Source of the DNA: Spirochaetota bacterium
GTDB lineage: Bacteria; Spirochaetota; UBA4802; UBA5550
Direction: 5' to 3'
DNA length: 64,000 bases
Assembly: GCA_016929135.1 (NCBI GenBank)
Contig: JAFGJK010000030.1
Coordinates: 5,531 to 69,530 of the forward strand
This document shows, one piece after another, positions 57,028 through 64,000 of the stretch (positions within the stretch are counted from its first letter, which is position 1; each line of letters starts with the position of its first letter). A program made the position numbers and the translations under genes. The notes under the pieces are model-generated. The model made no database searches and was not told the DNA's origin. It worked only from the letters and a program-made list of their open reading frames with translations.

Positions 57028-58374
57028 TGCGCCTTCGTGAAGAGCTCCTCTATGATCGGCACCGACTTCTTCCTGGTGATGACCAGGACATCGTCCCCCC
57101 CCCCGTATCTCGAAGTCCCCGCCGGGAACGAAGTCGTCGCCGTCGCGGTTGACCGAGAGGATCAGGGAGTTTGCCGGCATCTCCAGGTCCTTCAGGGGTA
57201 CCCCCGTCGCCTCCGACGAGTCCCCGACGGTGATCTCGATGACCTCGGCCCTTCCGTCGAATATGCTGTGGACGCTCTGGATGTTTCTTCCCCGCACAAA
57301 CTTCAGTATCGCGTCGGCGGTGCTGGTCTTGGGGCTGATGGTGGAATCGATCCCCAACTCAGAGGATATGCTCAGGTAGCTCTGCTTGGTCACGATGGCG
57401 ATGGTGCGCTTCACGCCGATGGACTTCGCGTATGCCGCGGAGAGGATGTTTATCTCCTGCGAGCCGGTGACCGCGATCATCAGGTCGTTCTCGTAGAGCC
57501 GCTCCTCCTCGAAAATCCCCTCGTCGGAGATGTCGGAATGAATCACCAGCGCCTCGGAGAGCCGGCCGGTAACGAGCTTGCACCGCTCGTAGTCGTTGTC
57601 TATGATCTTCAGCCTGATGTTCCTGTCCAGGAGGTCGGCGGCCACGAGCGAGCCGATGGTACCGCCCCCCACGATCACCGCGTTCCGTATCGCGCCGGTG
57701 GGCCGTCCCGCCTTTGCGAAGACCCGCTCCAGGTTCTGCGGCGACGAGGCCAGATAGATCGTGTCGTTTTCCAGGACCTCGTCGGTGCCGGAGGGGATGA
57801 TGACCGTGCTCCTCCTGATGATCGCCGCGATGAGGAAGTCCTCGTCGATGGTCTGCCTGATCTCCCTCAGGTTCTTCCCCTTGAAGGAGGACCACTGGTC
57901 GACGAAGAGGTTTCTCATGATGATGCCCGATTTCTCGAAGGTGAAGACGTCGCTGATCGCCCCGTAGGCGACGGTCTCCACTATGTCGTGCGCCGTCTCT
58001 ATCCCGGGATTAACGATATAGTTGATGCCCAGGAAGGATTTTCCCAGCACCTTTGACCGGGAGTAGTCCAGGCTCCTGACCCTGGCGATCTTGTAGGGGA
58101 CGTTGAACTCGCTGCTCACCACGCCGGAGGAGATCATGTTCACCTCGTCGGAGTTGGTGACGCTGATGAAGAAATCGGCCTTGTCGATGCCGGCCCTCTT
58201 GAGGGTCTTGATGTTGGTGCCGTCCTCGTTGAGGACCATGCAGTCAAGCCTGGCCGAGACGTATTTCACGCGCTCCGGGTTCTTCTCGATGAGCACTACG
58301 TCCTTGTTCTCGGATATGAGCTGCGAGGCGATGTGGGTCCCGATGGAACCCGCTCCGATTATGACGATATGCAT
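57024..58374 (-). CDS. trkA: Trk potassium uptake NAD-binding subunit; +1 frameshift in a G10 tract fuses it to trkH as sequenced
   Basis: Two RCK repeats (IVIIGAG, VIVGGG). With G9 the C-terminus reads IRGGDDVLVITRKKSVPIIEELFTKAQ-stop. Confidence 0.9.
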
Positions 58375-58474
58375 GGGCTGTCAGTTCTGCATCATGTCAC
58401 GCTGCGAAATTGACGGCTCTGCCGCCCCGATGCTGCCGGGTGGATGAGTTCATCCAATCAACACACGGTGTGAT

Positions 58475-58503
58475 AGTATCGCACGGAGGGGTCTTTTTGT
58501 CAA
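58475..58503 (-). promoter_or_regulatory. sigma70 promoter for trkAH
   Basis: TTGACA-N17-GATACT with a TG extension. Confidence 0.65.
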
Positions 58504-58912
58504 TGAAGATTGTCACCATGGGATCACGCACCATACCCCGGCCGCGTACGCGGGATTCGCCTGCCATCAACTTCTTCGCTGGCATTATTCGCGCCTCATA
58601 CGGCTGTTCAGGAAATAGTGAATTATTTGCTTCATTGAGGAAAAGAATTGCAATGAACAATTCTTGTGCTATAATCGACGGGACTGCAGAGGGCAGGCGA
58701 ATTTTCAGCAGCAAGGAATTTGATGGACACCAGGAATCGTTTTAGAAGAGCACCGTACACCTTTGGTATCATATCACTATCGCTGGCGCCTCTCCATTCC
58801 CAGGAGGGGGAGCAGGTCGGCCAACAGGCATGATGCGGTCACTCACGGCAAAGGGCTGCTGGAGATTCGCCTGGTGCTTCCGGCGCGGTGACATCATACA
58901 CAGGAGGATGAA

Positions 58913-60043
58913 ATGAGGATAAAGGCGATGGCCTCTCTGTGCATAATGATCACGTCGGCCCTGCTGTATGCGGAAATCGCCGACTGGGACCTTCTGGAGG
59001 GGTCGAAGACGGGTGATATGGGTAAGGTCACGGCAGCGCTGGAAAAGGGCGCAAACATCAATGCAGTGGACCACAACGGAAACACCCCCCTCATGCTTGC
59101 ATCTCAAAACGGACGGACCGAGATTGTCAGACTTTTAGCGGGCAAAGGCGCGGCGGTGAACGCCGCGAACTCTGCCGGGTTCACCGCCATCATACTCGGC
59201 GCCGCGGCGTGCCATCCGGATATTACGCGGTTACTCGTCGTCGGGGGTGCGGATGTCAACGCCAGGGTGAAGGGGGGCTTTACCGCCCTTATGTATACGG
59301 CCTGCTCCAGCCACAGGCGATGCTCCGATGTCGCGAAAATCCTGCTGGATAACGGCGCCGATGCCGGCATCAGGACCGATAACGGCGAACTGGCGCTGCA
59401 TTTGGCCGGCCAGGCGCTTTTTGGCACTATCCCGCCTGACGTCCCATTCAGGGACAAGGTGCTGTGGATGCTTGATGCCACCAAGGTCAAGATAGAAAAA
59501 CACGACTGGAGAATAACCAACCTCCTGTTCTGGGCCGTGGACAGCGGGCATGACGAAATCCTCTTCAAGCTCCTGGACAAAGGCGCCGACGTGAACGCCA
59601 GGTTTACGAGCGGCCCCGAGTTTTATTCGGGATGGACGATGCTCCATCATACGGCCTATTCCGGAAGCCTTAAGAAGACGAGGATGCTGATACAGAGGGG
59701 CGCCAGGGTGAATGCCACCAACAACGAAAAAGAGACTCCCCTCCACTGGGCATCCGCCAGGGGGAACCTCGACGTGGCGCGCGCGCTGATCGTCGCCGGC
59801 GCCGACGTGAACGTGAAGTGCGCGAAGGGGGATACGCCGCTTATCATGGCCTCCTCCCAGGGTAAGACCGAGACGGTGAAGCTGTTAATACAGTCCGGGG
59901 CGCAGGTCAACGCGCGCGCCAGGGACGGCTATACCGCCCTCATGGGAGCGCTCCAGCACCGGCACGATGCCATTGCCGGTCTCCTGAGGTCCGCCGGAGC
60001 GCGGGATTACACGAGGATATACAGGAAGATAATTGAGAAATGA
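58913..60043 (+). CDS. secreted ankyrin-repeat protein
   Basis: Signal peptide; about 9 repeats such as GNTPLMLA, GFTALMY, ETPLHWA, GDTPLIMA and GADVN; AGGAGG RBS. Confidence 0.93.
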   Translation: MRIKAMASLCIMITSALLYAEIADWDLLEGSKTGDMGKVTAALEKGANINAVDHNGNTPLMLASQNGRTEIVRLLAGKGAAVNAANSAGFTAIILGAAACHPDITRLLVVGGADVNARVKGGFTALMYTACSSHRRCSDVAKILLDNGADAGIRTDNGELALHLAGQALFGTIPPDVPFRDKVLWMLDATKVKIEKHDWRITNLLFWAVDSGHDEILFKLLDKGADVNARFTSGPEFYSGWTMLHHTAYSGSLKKTRMLIQRGARVNATNNEKETPLHWASARGNLDVARALIVAGADVNVKCAKGDTPLIMASSQGKTETVKLLIQSGAQVNARARDGYTALMGALQHRHDAIAGLLRSAGARDYTRIYRKIIEK

Positions 60044-60096
60044 GAAGACGCCCTACCCACCTCAGCGCGGGTGATGCGATCACCGGGCCATATCGG

Positions 60097-61485
60097 TCAC
60101 TTTCTCAGAACGACCTTCTGTATCATGACGCTGTTCCCCCGTATGCTGGCGATGGCCAGGTTCCCGTCAGGGGTGAAGGAGAAGTCAACGAGCGACGTGT
60201 AAGGCCCGAATGACCTCGAGGAGGTTTTCACGTACCGCTTTACATCCCCTTCCCCTCCTCCCAAGATATAGGCGAATTCACTCACCGTACTGTTAAATTG
60301 CTTCTTGAGTATTGATTCAGCGTTCCCCTGGAGCCGGTAGACTTTCCCGTTCATGCGCACATGGATGCTCCTGCCTTCGCGGTACGCGTATCCGTAGCCC
60401 TTCCCGTCCCCGGACAGGGCAATGCCGTCACGCCAGTGCTTGCAACCCCAATTCGAATAGACCTCCTCGTGGCCGCCAAGGTCCGTTCCGTTAAGGCTGA
60501 CATGCTCCTCCCTGTACCCTTTCTTGAAAATATAGGCGAAGGCGGCCCCGTTTTTGCTGAAGGTGGGGGCCTGTATGTAATCGCAGTCGCCATGAACGGT
60601 GCCGTTGACGTTGACGTAGTACCTGTTCTTTTTGGTGAACACGAAGGCGAAGGCCGATCCGTCGCCGCTCACCGCGTGACTGTGCACCATGTCGTGCCCC
60701 TCATACTCGGTGCCGTTGACGCAGACGTAATACCGCCCTCCCTTTTTATAGTAAAAAGAGAAGGTATCCCCGCCGTCGCTCATCGCGGGCATCAGGGCCC
60801 ACTGGTAGGGGCCGTAGACGGTGCCGCTCACGTTCACGTAGCTTTTCCCGCCAACGCTGTAGCTGAATCCGAATTTCGACCCCCCGCTGCGCAGGGCCGG
60901 GGAATTCATTGACTGACCGATATCATAGGGGCCGTAATTATTCCCGTTCACGCAATAGTATTCCTTGCCGCCCTTTCTGAAATAGTACCCGTATCCCCGG
61001 CCGTCGTCGGTGACGGACGGCACCATGGTCTCCTCTCCAAGCTCCCTCCCGTTCAAATATAATAACGGCCTGCTGTCGGCGGTGTGAGCATTAAACCAAT
61101 ACCCCTCGCCGTTGCGGAAAAAACGGGGGGGCCTGGCCCAGCTGAACGGGCCATGGACCTTTTTGTTCACCGCAATGAAATCCTTCCCGTCTTTCTTAAA
61201 CAGGTAGCCGAATTGCGTTTCGTCGGGGCTGTAATACTCGGGGATATAATTCATGAAGTCCATCCAGTCGACGCCGTCATAGGGCCCCGCCACCGAACCG
61301 TTGATGCTGACATACTCCTTGTTGTGCTTCGAATACCAGAACACGCAGGATTTCCCGCTGGCGGTCACCGTGAGGGCCCTCGGCAGCACCCCCCGTTCAA
61401 CGGCGAAGGACGTCGTTTGCGATAGCGACAGACCGGCGAACTGGAAAAAAAACGCGGCGATAAAAAACGGAACAGCTCCCTTCAT
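60097..61485 (-). CDS. secreted repeat protein (beta-propeller-like, about 38-aa repeats)
   Basis: Signal peptide; about 10 repeats of consensus S.DG..F.Y..K.GK.YV.VNG..YGPYD. Confidence 0.8.
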   Translation of the reverse strand: MKGAVPFFIAAFFFQFAGLSLSQTTSFAVERGVLPRALTVTASGKSCVFWYSKHNKEYVSINGSVAGPYDGVDWMDFMNYIPEYYSPDETQFGYLFKKDGKDFIAVNKKVHGPFSWARPPRFFRNGEGYWFNAHTADSRPLLYLNGRELGEETMVPSVTDDGRGYGYYFRKGGKEYYCVNGNNYGPYDIGQSMNSPALRSGGSKFGFSYSVGGKSYVNVSGTVYGPYQWALMPAMSDGGDTFSFYYKKGGRYYVCVNGTEYEGHDMVHSHAVSGDGSAFAFVFTKKNRYYVNVNGTVHGDCDYIQAPTFSKNGAAFAYIFKKGYREEHVSLNGTDLGGHEEVYSNWGCKHWRDGIALSGDGKGYGYAYREGRSIHVRMNGKVYRLQGNAESILKKQFNSTVSEFAYILGGGEGDVKRYVKTSSRSFGPYTSLVDFSFTPDGNLAIASIRGNSVMIQKVVLRK

Positions 61486-61514
61486 TGCGCGCCTCCGGGT
61501 GAAGGAATATATAG

Positions 61515-61542
61515 AGGATACCAGAATCATACATGATGTCAA
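61515..61542 (-). promoter_or_regulatory. sigma70 promoter for the repeat protein
   Basis: TTGACA-N16-TATCCT with a TG extension. Confidence 0.55.
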
Positions 61543-61613
61543 ATAAAAACAGCGCATTTGGCGCCATCATGCCATAGGGGATGAATGAGTGCAACCGCCG
61601 TTGTGCCCCTCCG

Positions 61614-62609
61614 TTACGGTGCGGATTCAAAGACCCTGCCATTGCCTTGAAGCGACTCCAGGCGCGATATGACACGCCGTATAACGACATCGTCGCCCTC
61701 CAGTTTCTGCAGCTCCCTCAGTAGCCCCGCCTCCTCCCCCGGCAGCAGGAAGGGATTGAAAAAGAAATCCAGGCTGAAACGGGGTTCGATGTCCCTGAAC
61801 TCCAGGACCAGCGCATCGCCGTCGATCCTTCCGGTTCCGCCATTGGGCCTGAGGATTTTCTTCCAGAGGTACTCCTCCCGCATCTTCGCAAGCTCCACGA
61901 GATTGTCCGCGATGTTCACCTTGAATTGTTCGTCTGTATAATAGGGCCCCAGGTCACGGATCGCGGCGCCCCCCTTCTTTTCATGATAGACCCTGAACAC
62001 GGCCCTTGATATCCTGCCGCTCCATTGCGATCCCGACTGCAACATGTACTTGGCCCGGCGCCACCTGAATTTTTTCAGGAACTCGTCGGCGCGCGCCCAC
62101 CGCGGATGCCTGCGTTTTACCGTTTCCCGGATCGACATAATCTCGCCAGGCTCGCTCCGGCCCCAGAAGTCCACGGAGGATCGATACGTGACCTGTATTT
62201 CCGTTTTAGAGGCTGCATCGAAACCGGTTTCCCAGTTCCCCCACATCAACTCCGCGCCACTTGAATCATTCGACAAGGCGCCGACACGTACCTTCGCGGC
62301 CTTTCCGCTGACCGTCACCCTGAGCGTTTTTACGTCGGCAGGGGCTATGGGGAAGCCCATGGTGACTACGGCTCGAGTATTTCCTGGATTCCTCATCACG
62401 AAGCGGGCATTCACGGTAAAATGAGGGGAATCGCCCAGGCGCATCTCCACCTCCTGCGATTCCAGGACAATTCCATTGTGTACCCCTTCCCTGGCATTTA
62501 TGTTAAATCCGCCTCGCTCCCACAGAGGCGAAACATCGGCATAGAGCGCCGCCGCACAGATCAGTGAAAGAAGCGACATGGCGGTTGACGACACCTTCAC
62601 GTTCGGCAT
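61614..62609 (-). CDS. secreted DUF4424-like protein
   Basis: Signal peptide; IVLESQEV, VNARFVMRN, VTMGFP, IQVTY and YMLQSGSQWSGRI. Confidence 0.7.
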   Translation of the reverse strand: MPNVKVSSTAMSLLSLICAAALYADVSPLWERGGFNINAREGVHNGIVLESQEVEMRLGDSPHFTVNARFVMRNPGNTRAVVTMGFPIAPADVKTLRVTVSGKAAKVRVGALSNDSSGAELMWGNWETGFDAASKTEIQVTYRSSVDFWGRSEPGEIMSIRETVKRRHPRWARADEFLKKFRWRRAKYMLQSGSQWSGRISRAVFRVYHEKKGGAAIRDLGPYYTDEQFKVNIADNLVELAKMREEYLWKKILRPNGGTGRIDGDALVLEFRDIEPRFSLDFFFNPFLLPGEEAGLLRELQKLEGDDVVIRRVISRLESLQGNGRVFESAP

Positions 62610-62785
62610 ACTCGCACCTTTGTCCTGCATGTATTGAAATGCCCGATGCACGTGATGAAAAACTACATGGCATCCCAATGAAAATCAAGCACTTATCTGC
62701 ACATTGAAGCGTGAACATCGCGACGATCCGTCACGGACCCGTCCGCGTGCAACAGAATGAACAGGTCTTTCATGCATGTACTGTA

Positions 62786-63943
62786 TCATGTTGAATCGTC
62801 GGCGTTCCCCCGCAGCAGTTCCTCGTAGCGCCGGCAGGTCCCGTCCTCCAATATCTCCCGTATCACCTGCCACTCGTCGTGCCCGGCACCCTTGATTCCT
62901 TTCCCCTCCGGCAGCGCAGACACCGGCTCCTCCAATCCGCTCACCTGGTAGGAGATATACCCGTAGCGCGAGCGCCGCCCCGCCGATTGAAGAAGATACC
63001 CCAGCTGGTCCAGCACTACCGCCACCAGGTCGTTCTCCCCCAGGATGTGGCTGAAGAAACAGGCAGGTATCCTCCTGGCGATGCCGAGATCCGCGGCGCA
63101 GGCGTTGAAGCGCTCCTGCGCCGCCATGGCATATCGCATCGAGGGGCTCCCCCAGGGATCGCCGCGATAGATCGAATCGTATTCCTTCAGGGCATCAGGA
63201 AAGTGCGACGAAAGGATTCTGAAAAAATGCTCGCGCTGCCGCCCCTCCTTCAGGCTCATGGAGCCGAAGAGGAGATAGTCTGCGCCGGCCTCCCGGATGC
63301 GCCGCAGAGTATCCCGCAGCACCGGAACCGTGTCGGTGACGAAGGGTATCGTCGGCAGGAGAAAGACCCCGCCGGGGATCCCCCGCTCCCGGAAACACGC
63401 CAGCGCCCACAGGCGCTCCGAGGGGGGGGAGGCCCCTGGCTCAATCATTCGCGATATGCCGTCGTCGGCCGAGGAGAGGCTGAAGCTCACCAGGGCGCCG
63501 GAACGGCGGTGTATCTCCGCCACCAGGTCGATGTCGCGCGTCACCAGCGACGACTTCGTGAGCAGGTGTACCGGGTATCCGAATTCCAGCGCCAGTTCCA
63601 GGGTCCTCCGGGTGAGGTTGTACTCCGCCTCCGCCGGCTGGTAGCTGTCACCTACGCCGCCACCGATCATGAGGTAGGCCCTCCTGGGGGGCTTCCGCTT
63701 CCTTGCCGGGTCGAGCTCCCGGCGGAGCAGGTCGACGGCGTTCACCTTGACCTCCACGACGGAACCGAAATCCCCCTCCACCCGGTACTTCTCGGCGCGG
63801 CCGTCGCAATAGGCGCAGTCGTGGCTGCATCCCCGGTAGAGGTTCATCCCCTGTATCGAGATGAACCATGAGTCCACCCGTTTTCGCGTGCGCAGGACAG
63901 ATTTTACCTGCGCCTCCCTGATGGTGTAATCGCCTCCACCCAT
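62786..63943 (-). CDS. radical SAM protein, SplB-like/Rv2578c (COG1533) family
   Basis: MNLYRGCSHDCAYC, VEVKVNA, DSYQPAE, LTKSSLVTRDIDL and IEPGASPPSER. Confidence 0.9.
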   Translation of the reverse strand: MGGGDYTIREAQVKSVLRTRKRVDSWFISIQGMNLYRGCSHDCAYCDGRAEKYRVEGDFGSVVEVKVNAVDLLRRELDPARKRKPPRRAYLMIGGGVGDSYQPAEAEYNLTRRTLELALEFGYPVHLLTKSSLVTRDIDLVAEIHRRSGALVSFSLSSADDGISRMIEPGASPPSERLWALACFRERGIPGGVFLLPTIPFVTDTVPVLRDTLRRIREAGADYLLFGSMSLKEGRQREHFFRILSSHFPDALKEYDSIYRGDPWGSPSMRYAMAAQERFNACAADLGIARRIPACFFSHILGENDLVAVVLDQLGYLLQSAGRRSRYGYISYQVSGLEEPVSALPEGKGIKGAGHDEWQVIREILEDGTCRRYEELLRGNADDST

Positions 63944-64000
63944 GGACCGAGCATTCCCCTGGACGGACAGGAGGGCAAGCCAAATTCACGCGGACGCCCC

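Noticed and set aside
55576-58374. 932-aa natural TrkA-TrkH fusion protein
   Set aside because: The linker is out-of-frame TrkA sequence. Removing one G restores two normal overlapping genes.
58375-58912. c-di-AMP riboswitch or small ORFs upstream of trkA
   Set aside because: No ydaO-type conserved motifs are visible, only short hairpins. The ORFs lack RBS or motif support.
1-64000. CRISPR arrays, rRNA, IS elements, prophage
   Set aside because: I saw no regularly spaced nucleotide repeats, rRNA-like sequence, transposase or phage genes. The repeats present are protein-level only.

Overview
GC-rich bacterial chromosome segment, probably from an uncultured free-living spirochaete. This is inferred from the gene orders ispE/tRNA-Gln/short glmU/prs/rplY and rpiB/LamG-FN3/CCA enzyme/HDOD. 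The most notable content is a dispersed aryl-polyene/flexirubin-like type II fatty-acid/polyketide locus (about 3.3-29.8 kb). Its first block has an FH-type aromatic amino-acid ammonia-lyase, a thioesterase, a DAK2-DegV (FakA-FakB-like) fusion, an ApeR/FabF-like ketosynthase and a GT2. After about 8 kb of unrelated accessory genes come an MMPL-methyltransferase fusion, an acyltransferase, a 1951-aa single-chain biotin carboxylase-BCCP-carboxyltransferase with an extra degenerate CT subdomain, and a convergent B12-radical-SAM operon. The rest is housekeeping, transport, signalling and secreted-protein genes. Several genes are broken by single-base lesions, including a G10 tract that fuses trkA to trkH; these may be sequencing errors. 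I found no CRISPR array, rRNA or intact mobile element. All family assignments come from motif recognition by eye, not database searches.
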